Source: Chroococcales cyanobacterium (GTDB lineage: Bacteria; Cyanobacteriota; Cyanobacteriia; Cyanobacteriales; Microcoleaceae). From it: a stretch of DNA of 59,586 nucleotides. Shown here one piece after another: positions 28,866 to 38,995 of this stretch. Every line of letters begins with the position of its first letter. The stretch's first letter is position 1. A model generated the notes under the pieces. The model did no database searches and was not told the origin of the DNA. It was given only the letters and a program-made list of their open reading frames with translations. Location: the NCBI GenBank assembly GCA_038260455.1, contig JBBSNU010000001.1:1-59586 (forward strand). The letters are read 5' to 3'. A program made the position numbers and the translations under genes.

Positions 28866-29957
28866 GTGAAGACTATGGGAAGACTCAACGGGCTACAAAG
28901 TGCGATCGCCACTGCTGACAGTACAAGTGCGATCGCCCTACCGGTAAACTTTGCCAGTGATAGCGGCCAAGATGCGTCCTATGAAGTGCGATCGCGCGCC
29001 AGAACCTCAGAAAACGGATTTTTGGGTTTGAAACTGCTGCGGGGAATTAACCAGCAGGAGTGGCAAAAAACCGCCGTAGAGATAAGTTTTTGGGGTGCGG
29101 TGGCTGCCTCGGCGGGTGCGGTTTCCCAGCAGGCGATGTTGGCCCTACCGCTGTCGCTGTGTTTGGGATTGAGTGCGCTGCATCGGCGACAGTGGGAGTC
29201 ACTTTTGCAGCAGCGTCTGGCTGCGACTGCGGAAATAGCGGTTGTTCAACAACGGGAAAATCGCCTTGATGCTGCGGCAATTAGTTCGATTCAGGAACGG
29301 GTTTTGAGGTTGGAGAAGGCTAATTTACCACCGCAAGTTACGCAATTGCAGCAGTGGGTGGCTGATTTGGACGATCGCCTGGACGAATTGGGCGATCGAA
29401 CTCAAAAACTCGATGAAATGCAGCAGCAATTAGCAGCCCTCAAACGATTAGCATCTGTCCCTGCCAAAAAAGGTCGCGGGCGAGTAGCAATATTTATTGA
29501 TGGCGCTAATTTGTTTTATGCGATCGGGGAATTGGGAATCAGAATTGATTATACCAAATTACTGAAATTTTTAGTAGGAGATGATACTTTATTTCGAGCT
29601 TTTTATTATACTGGTGTAGAGGCTACGGATGAAAAACAGCGGGGCTTTTTGTTGTGGATGCGGCATCACGGGTTCCGGGTGGTGTCTAAGCCGGTGTTGC
29701 AGCGGCCGGATGGATCGAAAAAAGCTAATTTGGATGTAGAGATCGGGTTAGATATTGTTGGTTTAGCGGGGGAATACGACACAGCTATTTTAGTCGGCGG
29801 GGATGGAGATTTAGCTTGTGCCTTGAATCAGGTTAGTTTTCAAGGGGGCAGGGTTGAGGTGCTGAGTTTAAGGTCGATGACGAGTGAGGCGCTGATTGAT
29901 GTCGCGGATTGTTATATAAATTTGGAGGATGTTAAGGACAAAATTTATAAGATTTAG
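28866..29957 (+). CDS. NYN (LabA/DUF88, PIN-like) domain protein with N-terminal hydrophobic segment and coiled coil
   Basis: AIFIDGANL, KANLDVEI, GGDGDL, ALIDVAD acidic motifs; coiled coil about residues 105-195. Confidence 0.88.
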   Translation: MKTMGRLNGLQSAIATADSTSAIALPVNFASDSGQDASYEVRSRARTSENGFLGLKLLRGINQQEWQKTAVEISFWGAVAASAGAVSQQAMLALPLSLCLGLSALHRRQWESLLQQRLAATAEIAVVQQRENRLDAAAISSIQERVLRLEKANLPPQVTQLQQWVADLDDRLDELGDRTQKLDEMQQQLAALKRLASVPAKKGRGRVAIFIDGANLFYAIGELGIRIDYTKLLKFLVGDDTLFRAFYYTGVEATDEKQRGFLLWMRHHGFRVVSKPVLQRPDGSKKANLDVEIGLDIVGLAGEYDTAILVGGDGDLACALNQVSFQGGRVEVLSLRSMTSEALIDVADCYINLEDVKDKIYKI

Positions 29958-29971
29958 AGATGAGGAATTTT

Positions 29972-30078
29972 AGGACTTACACGCGGGGACTCAGAAACCT
30001 GGTTTTTACGAAAAAGCTTGGTTTTGACTGGCAGATTCGGTAAAAACCAGGTTTCTTTGGTCGGAGTGCGTAAGTCCT
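29972..30078. repeat. Nested inverted-repeat element (AGGACTTAC...GTAAGTCCT enclosing AGAAACCTGGTTTTTAC...GTAAAAACCAGGTTTCT)
   Basis: Read directly; same family as 25951, 42431 and 50206. Confidence 0.8.
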
Positions 30079-30109
30079 GTTTTTACTACTTTATCGAGGA
30101 AGCACAGTC

Positions 30110-33100
30110 ATGAACGAACAACGCCAGCAAGACTATCTTAATTTGATTCAAGCATTATTGGACTGTCCTCATGGGGAAGAGGTTAATATACTCAACGCCC
30201 ATCCACACCTGGTAGATGAAGGTTTGGTGCAGGTGATGGGACAAGTAGCAGAAATTATGACGCAACAAGGTAATGAGAACATCGCGAGATTTTTAACTGA
30301 TGGGGCACAGGAAATAGCAGCGTATCTAGGCAACGCCTCATCGACAGCACCCCCAGAAGAATATATCCTTTTCTTAGCTGAAGTCGTGCAAGCAACTGCT
30401 GATAGCAATGGCGATGCAGAAGTAGTCTATCCGATTCTTACGGCTAATCAAGATAAATTAAATGATACTTTAGTGACACTCTATCAAAAGTTGTCTAGCA
30501 CTATTTTCTCAAAAATTGTACCTGAGCATTCTCAAAGTTTTGCCGTAGTTTACGGCAATTTTAGCAAATTAATTCAACAATTTTCTTTAGGGAATATAGC
30601 TAGTAACTTAGAAATTGCGATTATTGGTTATGAATTAGTTTTAAGCGTCTTCACTCGCGACAAATTTCCCCAAGAGTGGGCAATAGTTCAAAATAATTTT
30701 GGTACGGCTTACAGTAACAGACTAAAGGGAGATAAAGCGAAGAATTTGGAAACAGCTATTCACTGTTACCAAAAAGCTTTATTGGAATGTACTCGCGACA
30801 AATTTCCCCAAGATTGGGCAATGCTTCAAAATAGTTTGGGAAGAATTTACGAGGACAGACTCGAAGGAGATAAAGCAGAAAATTTGGAAATAGTGATTAA
30901 GTGTTACCAAGAAGCTTTACTGGAATGCACACACAATAAATTTCCCCTAGATTGGGTAAGGACTCAAATTAGTTTGGGAAATGCATACCTTAACAGACTT
31001 AAGGGAGATAAAGCGGAGAATTTGGAAACGGCAATCGCCTGTTACCAGCAAATTTTACGAGAAGAGATTAGTACCCAGTTTTCCGAAATTTGGGCAATAG
31101 CTCAAGGTGTTTTGGGAAATGCTTATAGTCAGAGACTTAAGGGAGATAAAGCGGAGAATCTGGAAAAAGCAATTGAGTATTTGCAACTCGCTTTACAGGT
31201 AATTACAAAAGACAACTTTCCCCCAGATTGGGCAGGAACTCAATATTATTTAGGGAATGCTTACCAAATACGACTATTAGGAGATGAAGCCGAGAATCTG
31301 GAAAAGGCGATCGCTTGTTACGAACTCGCTTTACAGGTATGTACAAAAGACAACTTTCCGAAGAATTGGGCCATGACTCAAAATAGTTTGGGGATTGCTT
31401 ACAGTAACAGATTCAAGGGGAATAAAACGGAGAATTTGGAAACAGCGATTGCTTGTTATGAACTCGCTTTACAGGTAAAGGCTCAGGATAAATTTCCCCA
31501 AGATTGGGTAAACACTCAATGTAATTTGGGTAATGCTTACCAAGAACGAATATTAGGAGATAAAGCCGAGAATTTGGAACGCGCGAGGAATTGTTACGAA
31601 CTCGCTTTACTGGAATGTAAAAATGATAACTTTTCCCAAGATTGGGGAACGCTTCAAAATGAGTTGGGAAACATTTATTTATACAAAATCACTGGAGACA
31701 AAGCAGAGAATTTGGAAAAGGCAATCTCTTGTTACAAACTCGCTTTACAGGTACGTACAAAAGACAACTTTCCCCAAGATTGGGCAGCAACTCAAAATAA
31801 TTTGGGGAATGTTTACAGAGAAAGAGTTGTAGGAGATAAAGCCGAGAATTTGGAAAAAGCGATCGCCTGTTGCCAACTTGCTTTACAGGTACGTACAAAA
31901 GACAACTTTCCCAAAGGTTGGGCAACGAATCAACATACTTTGGGTAATGCTTATTGCGAAAGAGTTTTAGGAGATAAGGCAGAGAACTGGGAAAAAGCGA
32001 TCGCGTGTTACGAACTCGCTTTACTGGAACGCACTCAGGATAATTTCCCCCAAGATTGGGCTGCAACTCAAAATAACTTAGGTATTGCTTACCAAGAACG
32101 AATATTAGGAAATAAAGCCGAGAATTTAGAACGGGCGATCGCTTGTCACACACTCGCTTTACGGGAACGCACTCAGGACAAATTTCCCGAAGATTGGGCA
32201 ATGACTCAAAATAGTTTGGGAAATGACTACTGGAAGAGACTCAAGGGAGATAAAGCGGAGAATTTGGAAATGGCGATCGCGTGTTGGCGATCGGCACTAA
32301 CAATTAACACTCCTACCACCTTCCCACTACACTGTCTAATAGCAGGCAATAACTTAGGTAATGCAGCATTCACCGCCGGCAAATGGGAAATTGCCATTGA
32401 AGGATACAAACAAGCGATTGATGCTGTCGAAGAAAGTCGCACTCAAGCGCTGAATGACAAACGCCGCCAGGAAATAATTACCGAAGCTGTCGGGGTTTAT
32501 AGCGATATTGTACAAGCTTACATTAACCTAGGTCAAATCGACAAGGCAATCGAATATGCAGACCGATCGCGTTCCAAACGTTTGGTAGACTTAATGGCAA
32601 GTAACGACCTCTACGCAGGCGGCGAAATTCCTCCCCAAGTTCAGCAATATTTGCAGCAACATGATACACTGCAAGCACAAATTGATGCTGAACGAGAACG
32701 CCTCCAAGCAGAGTCCGACTCTAGCAAACAACAGACAGACAAACCAACAGACAAAGGCAGTTTAGCCCTCGCCCGCGCCACGAGAGAAGCCGCCACCCAA
32801 ACCATCATCGAGTTGGAAGCCCAGAAACAACAAGTCTGGGAACAAATGCGCCGTTTAGACCCCATTTTGGCCGGAGAAATTAAAGTCACTCCCCTAGATT
32901 TTGCCACCATCCAAAAACTCATCGACTCCCCCAAAATCGCCATCCTCAATTTCTTCACCACCAACAACGACACCCACATTTTCATCATCTACAAAAACCA
33001 ATCACCGCAACTGCACACCTGCACCGGCTTTGGCTATCAAACTTTGCGCGAGTTAGTCATTGACGAATGGTTAAATCCATATCTTAACAAGAAAAATGAT

Positions 33101-34288
33101 GGCGGCATTTGGTATGCAAAAATCTCTGAGTTTTTGCAAAAAATAGCCGAAAAATTGCAACTCACAACCTTAGTCGAAAAACATCTAACAAACATTGAGG
33201 AATTGATTATCATCCCGCACCTATTTTGGCATCAAATTCCCTTTGCAGCCTTACCTTTAACTCGCCCCACTCAGAACAATTCTCAGCCACCGGAAATTCA
33301 GCCATCAGGAATCATCCGCCAAGTCATCGAAATCTTTACCAGACTGGAGAAGAAAAACAACACCATAAATAATATCAGTACAATTCCCCCTGAAACAGAA
33401 ATAATGTCAACCCAATACTTAGGCGATAAATTCCGCCTGCGTTATGTTCCCAGTTGCCAGATTTTGCAATATTGCCAACAGCGTCCCCCCCTAGACAAAA
33501 TTAATTACGGCACTGTAGAAAATGCAGATGGTACACTTTCTGGTGCAGGGTTTGAAGGAGAAAAAATTGCCCAACTCTACAATATCCCCCAAAATCAGCG
33601 GTTAAGAGGTATCACCCAAGCCACCGTTAAAAATTATCGCCAATTAGCTAACCAAGTCCAAGTTTTGCACTCCAGCCATCACGCCTCATCACGCCTCGAC
33701 AGCCCCTTAGAATCGCGCCTAATTCTTGCCGATGGCAATATTACTTTAGGTCAAATCATGACCCCTGGGTTTCGACTTCCCAATCTCTCCGACGTGTTTC
33801 TTTCCTGTTGCGAAACCAATCTCAGTGTGGTTGGCATTAGCGATGATATTTTATCATTATCAACAGGGTTTCTCTGTGCGGGGGCGCGGAGTGTGGTGAG
33901 TACCTTGTGGTCAGTTGATGATTTAGCCACAGCTTTATTTTCCATTAGTTACTATCGGTATCGCCGCCAAGGTAAAAGCCGTTCCGAAGCCTTGCAAACA
34001 GCACAAAATAACTTGCGTAACTTGAAACTGGCAAAGGTAAAAGCTGATTTAGCATCGGATTTTCAGTTAATCAATGAAGCGCGGCAAGCTGCTAGGGATA
34101 AACTAAAAAAAGCGGATATAAATTCAGTAATTTATCAGCAATTACAAGATGATGTGATAAATTTCACCACTATTTCTGACGCAATTTATAACTTTCAGAC
34201 AAAAAGATTGCCGTCTTACGGTCAACAAGAATATCCTTTTGCCGATCCCTTTTATTGGGCTGGGTTCATCTGTTCCGGTTTGGCTTGA
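30110..34288 (+). CDS. TPR-repeat CHAT protease
   Basis: 12 tandem 46-aa TPR-like repeats; IIIPH, VLHSSHHA, VFLSCCET, GARSVVSTLWSVDD, PFYWAGF. Confidence 0.93.
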   Translation: MNEQRQQDYLNLIQALLDCPHGEEVNILNAHPHLVDEGLVQVMGQVAEIMTQQGNENIARFLTDGAQEIAAYLGNASSTAPPEEYILFLAEVVQATADSNGDAEVVYPILTANQDKLNDTLVTLYQKLSSTIFSKIVPEHSQSFAVVYGNFSKLIQQFSLGNIASNLEIAIIGYELVLSVFTRDKFPQEWAIVQNNFGTAYSNRLKGDKAKNLETAIHCYQKALLECTRDKFPQDWAMLQNSLGRIYEDRLEGDKAENLEIVIKCYQEALLECTHNKFPLDWVRTQISLGNAYLNRLKGDKAENLETAIACYQQILREEISTQFSEIWAIAQGVLGNAYSQRLKGDKAENLEKAIEYLQLALQVITKDNFPPDWAGTQYYLGNAYQIRLLGDEAENLEKAIACYELALQVCTKDNFPKNWAMTQNSLGIAYSNRFKGNKTENLETAIACYELALQVKAQDKFPQDWVNTQCNLGNAYQERILGDKAENLERARNCYELALLECKNDNFSQDWGTLQNELGNIYLYKITGDKAENLEKAISCYKLALQVRTKDNFPQDWAATQNNLGNVYRERVVGDKAENLEKAIACCQLALQVRTKDNFPKGWATNQHTLGNAYCERVLGDKAENWEKAIACYELALLERTQDNFPQDWAATQNNLGIAYQERILGNKAENLERAIACHTLALRERTQDKFPEDWAMTQNSLGNDYWKRLKGDKAENLEMAIACWRSALTINTPTTFPLHCLIAGNNLGNAAFTAGKWEIAIEGYKQAIDAVEESRTQALNDKRRQEIITEAVGVYSDIVQAYINLGQIDKAIEYADRSRSKRLVDLMASNDLYAGGEIPPQVQQYLQQHDTLQAQIDAERERLQAESDSSKQQTDKPTDKGSLALARATREAATQTIIELEAQKQQVWEQMRRLDPILAGEIKVTPLDFATIQKLIDSPKIAILNFFTTNNDTHIFIIYKNQSPQLHTCTGFGYQTLRELVIDEWLNPYLNKKNDGGIWYAKISEFLQKIAEKLQLTTLVEKHLTNIEELIIIPHLFWHQIPFAALPLTRPTQNNSQPPEIQPSGIIRQVIEIFTRLEKKNNTINNISTIPPETEIMSTQYLGDKFRLRYVPSCQILQYCQQRPPLDKINYGTVENADGTLSGAGFEGEKIAQLYNIPQNQRLRGITQATVKNYRQLANQVQVLHSSHHASSRLDSPLESRLILADGNITLGQIMTPGFRLPNLSDVFLSCCETNLSVVGISDDILSLSTGFLCAGARSVVSTLWSVDDLATALFSISYYRYRRQGKSRSEALQTAQNNLRNLKLAKVKADLASDFQLINEARQAARDKLKKADINSVIYQQLQDDVINFTTISDAIYNFQTKRLPSYGQQEYPFADPFYWAGFICSGLA
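30671..32326 (+). repeat. Coding tandem repeat, 12 x 138 bp
   Basis: Unit QDWAxTQNxLGNAYxxRxxGDKAENLExAIACYELALxxxTxDNFP; unit starts at 30671, 30809 and onward. Confidence 0.9.
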
Positions 34289-34369
34289 TAAATGTCTTTG
34301 GAGTAAGCTGTTTAGCGCTTTGAGGAATTCAGTCCTCACTACAAACTAATTTGTGATCTTCGGCAACTC

Positions 34370-34398
34370 TGCATAACGATCGCCCTTACTGTCGATAT
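34370..34398 (+). promoter_or_regulatory. Putative alternative-sigma promoter, copy 4
   Basis: TGCATAA-N16-CGATAT upstream of 34429. Confidence 0.7.
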
Positions 34399-34428
34399 AG
34401 CAGTAGCACCGTAAGGAGAGCAACAGCC

Positions 34429-35166
34429 ATGAGCCGATATTACCACCCGACGCGCCACACCCGCAGCAGCCTGCAACCAACCGCCGCACCCACCCAAACA
34501 AATACAACTTGGTTCAAGTCGCCGGCGATTATTTTAGCAATGCTTCTAGGTGTTGGCGCTGTCGGCGCTACCCTATTCGTTGAGTTTACCACCCAGCACG
34601 TCATCCACGTTCGCGCCGACGACAGTTCCGATTCTGCTAAGAATTACACCGAACAGCGACAACAACACTGTCAAGCAAGCGTTCAGCACTACAAACCAGG
34701 CGATACTGCTATTAACATCGCTTTTGCCGATCGCCCCGTCACCACCCAAAACATCTCCATTCTCAACAGTTTATCTGTACTCGGTCAGTGCCAAAATACC
34801 AAAGCCCCGATTAGCAACAAGCAGCCCGGTACTTCTCTGATTTTACTCCTAGAGCGCATTCAAAATGTTGTCAAAAAAGAGCGCGATCGCAAAAATGACA
34901 ATCCCGTAGTGGTGACAGTCGAGATCCAAGATAGCGAACCGGGGCCAAATCAGCCCAATCCCAAGGATATTCAGCGCGTTAAGACACTTGTCCGCAGCAT
35001 TATCTCTGGCGGAGGTGCGATCGCGATCGCCGTTGAAGATGAAGCATTAAGAAACCAGCTAGACACAGCGTTAACTGACGAGGGAAATGTACAAATTTCC
35101 GCTTTCAACAATATCGCTTCCTCTGTTGATTGGGCTTTTACAACAGGTCGTAAAACCCACAATTAG
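34429..35166 (+). CDS. Membrane-anchored hypothetical protein, possibly a degenerate vWA-like fold
   Basis: AAGGAG RBS; single TM; DDSSDS, IAFAD, PGTSL and IQDSE resemble MIDAS positions. Confidence 0.65.
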   Translation: MSRYYHPTRHTRSSLQPTAAPTQTNTTWFKSPAIILAMLLGVGAVGATLFVEFTTQHVIHVRADDSSDSAKNYTEQRQQHCQASVQHYKPGDTAINIAFADRPVTTQNISILNSLSVLGQCQNTKAPISNKQPGTSLILLLERIQNVVKKERDRKNDNPVVVTVEIQDSEPGPNQPNPKDIQRVKTLVRSIISGGGAIAIAVEDEALRNQLDTALTDEGNVQISAFNNIASSVDWAFTTGRKTHN

Positions 35167-35280
35167 TAACCTGAAAAAGCAATCAATAATACCAATTATA
35201 AAAAGTATTGCTACATCTAGCATCTGTAGGAAAACGGTATTTTCGTTTCTTTACAGCGAACTTTTTTAAATTAGTATTTA

Positions 35281-35390
35281 CTCGTTCCCAAGCCAGAGCC
35301 TGGTAACAGAGATCCGGGGGCTCTGCCTCCTTTCTCCAAGCGAGGCAGAGCCTCTGGATCTCTGTTACCAGATCCGAGCCTAGAAACCAG
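35281..35390. mobile_element. MITE-like nested palindromic element
   Basis: CTCGTTCCCAAGCCAGAGCCTGGTAACAGAGATCC..GGCTCTGCCTC / GAGGCAGAGCC..GGATCTCTGTTACCAG, a long hairpin of a repeat type common in filamentous cyanobacteria. Confidence 0.6.
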
Positions 35391-35464
35391 TTAAAAGTTA
35401 CAAAATTATTTCTATTCAAACTTTTGTGGGGTGGGCTTTTAGCCCGCCCAAAATCAAAAGCACT

Positions 35465-35493
35465 TGCATAACTTCTGACAATTCGCTCGATTA
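35465..35493 (+). promoter_or_regulatory. Putative alternative-sigma promoter, copy 5
   Basis: TGCATAA-N16-CGATTA upstream of 35534. Confidence 0.7.
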
Positions 35494-35533
35494 AAACTTA
35501 CAAGCAATCAAACTATTTACCGAGAATTTTATC

Positions 35534-36844
35534 ATGAACAGACCTCAATCAGAACGCAATAACACTCGTCAAATCCATATCTGGCAATTTGTAGACAACT
35601 GGCGGCAGCTTCCGTCCGAAGTCATCAACCGCTTACCTAAAAAATTGCGGGCTGACATGACAGAACGAGTCGGAATATCAGGAGAATCTCGCATCGCTGA
35701 TTCCCGCATAGAAGACATGGCTCCGATTGCCAAGAAACAGCATTCACCAACAACGAAAAAAGCAACTAAAATTATTGTTGCTATCATCGGCACTCTGACA
35801 TTCAGTGCAGGAACTCAAGTCCTCACATCGCGTCTGGGTGCAGCCGCATTACCTGCGGCAATGCTTGGGGGCGGTCTGGCGACTTTTTTGGTAGACGATC
35901 GCGCCACCAAAACTATTACGAAAATGCGAATTACTCACAGTACCAAACAAGAACTGCAAGCGATCGCCCGCCAACAGCAGGCTCATCCTCCAGTTAATGA
36001 ATTGGACGAACGATTTTACTCGCTCCAGACAGCATTAGTGCAGCAAGTTGAGGGCAGAAACCTGGAAAAACAATTGCGGATAGATGCCGTACTAGCCGTG
36101 TCGATGAGTGCAGCAGAATGGACGATCAATATGTGGATTATCTCACAAATGGGCTTGCCAGGGGGATTTTTGATAGAGGCGATTGCAGCAAGTTTGCCCA
36201 TCACGATTATTTGGATGGCCGCGGCGTTTCAGAGCGATCGTTTTGAATTACCAGAACACTATGCCGATTTGATGCACAAATATGAGTCTTATCTATTTCC
36301 ACCTTCAGGAATGCCGGAAGCAGAAGTAACAGAATTGTTGGCAGATAAGGAAGCTCAAGAATCTCGCATTGACTGGCTAGTGAAATTCGTAGCTGACGGA
36401 GATGACGGCGGGCGGCTGAAGAATTTGGCGATGGCGGAGGCTGACTATGACTTGAACTTAGCCCGGAAGGAGAAGCAACAATTGGAGGAAGAGCGCAATT
36501 GTGCGATCGAACAGCGTCTGTTTCAACACCGGGCTGAAGTTGCCGAACTTCCGAATCAATTCCGAGCATCAAAGACGGATATAACAGGCTGGAGTCCTCA
36601 ACAAATGAGGGAGAACAAGCAAAGATTAGAGCGGTTGCGAGTGCAGTGGGTGCAGCATAAAACTGCTGAATTGGAAGCTACTCAGGCTCAAGATATCCAG
36701 TTAATTATTCCTCACCGCTACAGCACCAAAATTCGGCAGCGGGAGGAGGATATGGCTGAAGCCCAAAAGCGGTACGAGGAGGGACGGGACAACTGGAGCG
36801 AGGCAAATGAGGGCGCTGAGGGCGATTTAGGTGATGCGGCTTAG
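35534..36844 (+). CDS. Hypothetical membrane protein, 4 hydrophobic segments + long C-terminal coiled coil
   Basis: Two hydrophobic hairpins; E/Q/R-rich heptads in the C-terminal 150 aa. Confidence 0.75.
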   Translation: MNRPQSERNNTRQIHIWQFVDNWRQLPSEVINRLPKKLRADMTERVGISGESRIADSRIEDMAPIAKKQHSPTTKKATKIIVAIIGTLTFSAGTQVLTSRLGAAALPAAMLGGGLATFLVDDRATKTITKMRITHSTKQELQAIARQQQAHPPVNELDERFYSLQTALVQQVEGRNLEKQLRIDAVLAVSMSAAEWTINMWIISQMGLPGGFLIEAIAASLPITIIWMAAAFQSDRFELPEHYADLMHKYESYLFPPSGMPEAEVTELLADKEAQESRIDWLVKFVADGDDGGRLKNLAMAEADYDLNLARKEKQQLEEERNCAIEQRLFQHRAEVAELPNQFRASKTDITGWSPQQMRENKQRLERLRVQWVQHKTAELEATQAQDIQLIIPHRYSTKIRQREEDMAEAQKRYEEGRDNWSEANEGAEGDLGDAA

Positions 36845-36892
36845 TCAGTGATGCGGCTTAGGTGATGCGGCTTAGTCAGTGATGCGGCTTAG
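36831..36892 (+). repeat. Tandem repeat: 2 x 31 bp = 4 x GTGATGCGGCTTAG
   Basis: Copies at 36831, 36848, 36862 and 36879; the first contains the stop codon of the 35534 gene. Confidence 0.9.
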
Positions 36893-36973
36893 GGCGATCG
36901 AGAGTTGGTGAGGTGGGGGGTGCTTTCTAGGTGATAATGGAAGCATCCCCTTTTTTCTCTGATTGAAGCCCGT

Positions 36974-37690
36974 ATGGATGATGCGTCGTTGTGCCTATTG
37001 ATTCAAGAAGCCTTGCACGATCCTAACAGGGTTGAGGCACTAGCACTGGCGATCGACCAGTTGCCAGAAGTTAAGAGATATCTCGGCCCAGGTTGGCAAC
37101 CCTATTACGATCGAGCTTTGCCAACAACACAAAAAGATGTCCAGAGGAACATTAATAAATTTCCTCAAATGTATAAATTGAATATGGGAGATGTTAATCA
37201 CAAAAATACATCGAATTCTGCTCAGGTTCGGAAATACTTTATTAACTGGGTGGTGATGATTCTCGAAAAAGATTGCCATGATGTTAAGCGCAAAAAACGT
37301 CCAATTATTGTTAGCACGGACACTCCCATAGGAAAAGATGGCTTAACAATTGAAGAAACAATAGATAGCCGTCAAACTTGGAACCTAAACGATATCCCTA
37401 CCCTTGATGATTTAGATATTATAATAGCTGAAGAAGAGTTTGTAGAAAATCAAAAAAAGGTAGCGTTAATCCAGAGTTTGCTAGAAGAAAAATTATCAAA
37501 CTGCTATCCGGCTGGATGCCCCCAAGGAAATTGTTATGAATTAGTCCAAAGGAGGCTATTGAGAACACCACCGCAACAATGGCAAAATATTTCCAAAGAA
37601 TTACAAACCCCTTACGGAACTGTTACTGCTCACTGGAATAGAAAATGTAAACCGCTCCTAAGTCAAATCGAGCAAAATCTATCATTGTAA
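36974..37690 (+). CDS. Divergent sigma-70-like (HetZ-related) protein
   Basis: Region-2-like FINWVVMILEKDCHD, STDTPIG linker, C-terminal HTH WQNISKELQTPYGTVTAHWNRKCKPLL; directly upstream of DUF1822. Confidence 0.7.
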   Translation: MDDASLCLLIQEALHDPNRVEALALAIDQLPEVKRYLGPGWQPYYDRALPTTQKDVQRNINKFPQMYKLNMGDVNHKNTSNSAQVRKYFINWVVMILEKDCHDVKRKKRPIIVSTDTPIGKDGLTIEETIDSRQTWNLNDIPTLDDLDIIIAEEEFVENQKKVALIQSLLEEKLSNCYPAGCPQGNCYELVQRRLLRTPPQQWQNISKELQTPYGTVTAHWNRKCKPLLSQIEQNLSL

Positions 37691-37707
37691 TCAAAGGAGT
37701 TAAAACG

Positions 37708-38985
37708 ATGACAACTACAGCAAACATTTCTTTAAATATTCAGTTAACCAAGCAAGCGCATGGAGATGGTCGTACATTTGCATCTAAGCAATGCAGTCAA
37801 GAAAAAGCTAAACAAGTTTACCTGAATACGCTAGCAGTTTATGCTGTTAGTAATTTCCTGGAATGGCTGAATATAGAAACAGATTTAGCCGCCGGAGACA
37901 GTTGGAATTCGGTGATTAGACTATTCAATGATGTCGCAGATTTAGTTATTCCTAATTTGGGTAAACTGGAATGCCGTCCTGTTTTGCCAGGAGAAACTGT
38001 TATTACTTTACCTCCAGAAGTAACTGAGGACAGAATTTGCTATATTGCAGTTCAGTTTCAGGAACAATTGAACGAAGTGCAGCTATTGGGATTTATGCCT
38101 GCTTTAGATCCAGAAGAGCCTTTGTCACAAATTGAAATCGCCAATCTTCAACCCATAGAAAACTTAATTGACTACCTCGATCGCCTAGAATCAGCCCAAG
38201 ATTTTTTACACAGCGATGATGAAGTGGCTATCAAAGTAAGAAAAAGATTAAATACCGAGTCTTTCTCTGAAATTGTAGCTCAAATCGAACGAATTGTTCG
38301 GACTTGCAAACCATATAACTGGCGCTATGCTGGCGGGGATTTTTTAGCTAACTACGTTAATCCAGAACAGGGAATAGCTTTCAGAAGTGCTCCATCTCGT
38401 TCTGAGCGAGACGAATCTAATCGATCGCCAAACAGTGATTTACAAGATTTGGCTGAGAAATTGCTAGACAAGTTGAGTGAAATTTGGGGTATACAAAACG
38501 AAGAGGAAAATTCTGTTTGGATTGACTTGAGCGAATGGTTCCAAAATTCGGAAATTTTACTTAGGTATAATTTCCAAACTCTTGAATCTTTTTTGCTCGA
38601 ACAGGAAGAAAGTTTAGTATTTCGATTCGCGACTACACCCCGATCGCGCCAAGGAGCAACTGATGACAGTCTAGCAAATATTACGGGGGTGCAGCCAATA
38701 CAACTGCAAGAACACGCTTTAGCTTTGGCTGTGTGTTTGCAACTAGGAACAGACCATAAAACGGATGTACTTCTACGATTGTATCCTGCGGGAGAGAGTA
38801 CATATCTACCTAGTGGTTTGCAATTGATTGTCATAGATAGTGAATCTGGGGAGATGTTCTTGGAAGCTCAAGCGCGAAGTGCTGATAATTGGATTCAATT
38901 AGAGTTCCGAGGTGAACCCGGAGAACGCTTTAATGTTAAGGTAGCGCTTGGTGATTTGAGTGTTACGGATAATTTCGTGATTTAA
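37708..38985 (+). CDS. DUF1822 family protein
   Basis: KAKQVYLNTLAVYAV, GKLECRPV, YIAVQF; C-terminus ARSADNWIQLEFRGEPGERFNVKVALGD...FVI. Confidence 0.88.
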   Translation: MTTTANISLNIQLTKQAHGDGRTFASKQCSQEKAKQVYLNTLAVYAVSNFLEWLNIETDLAAGDSWNSVIRLFNDVADLVIPNLGKLECRPVLPGETVITLPPEVTEDRICYIAVQFQEQLNEVQLLGFMPALDPEEPLSQIEIANLQPIENLIDYLDRLESAQDFLHSDDEVAIKVRKRLNTESFSEIVAQIERIVRTCKPYNWRYAGGDFLANYVNPEQGIAFRSAPSRSERDESNRSPNSDLQDLAEKLLDKLSEIWGIQNEEENSVWIDLSEWFQNSEILLRYNFQTLESFLLEQEESLVFRFATTPRSRQGATDDSLANITGVQPIQLQEHALALAVCLQLGTDHKTDVLLRLYPAGESTYLPSGLQLIVIDSESGEMFLEAQARSADNWIQLEFRGEPGERFNVKVALGDLSVTDNFVI

Positions 38986-38995
38986 GTTGGGTTAA

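Noticed and set aside
30671-32326. Long regular DNA repeat as CRISPR or satellite
   Set aside because: The 138-bp period is in frame and encodes TPR units.
36831-36892. Possible mini-CRISPR array
   Set aside because: Units are 14 bp with 0-3 nt between them, there are no unique spacers, and no cas genes.
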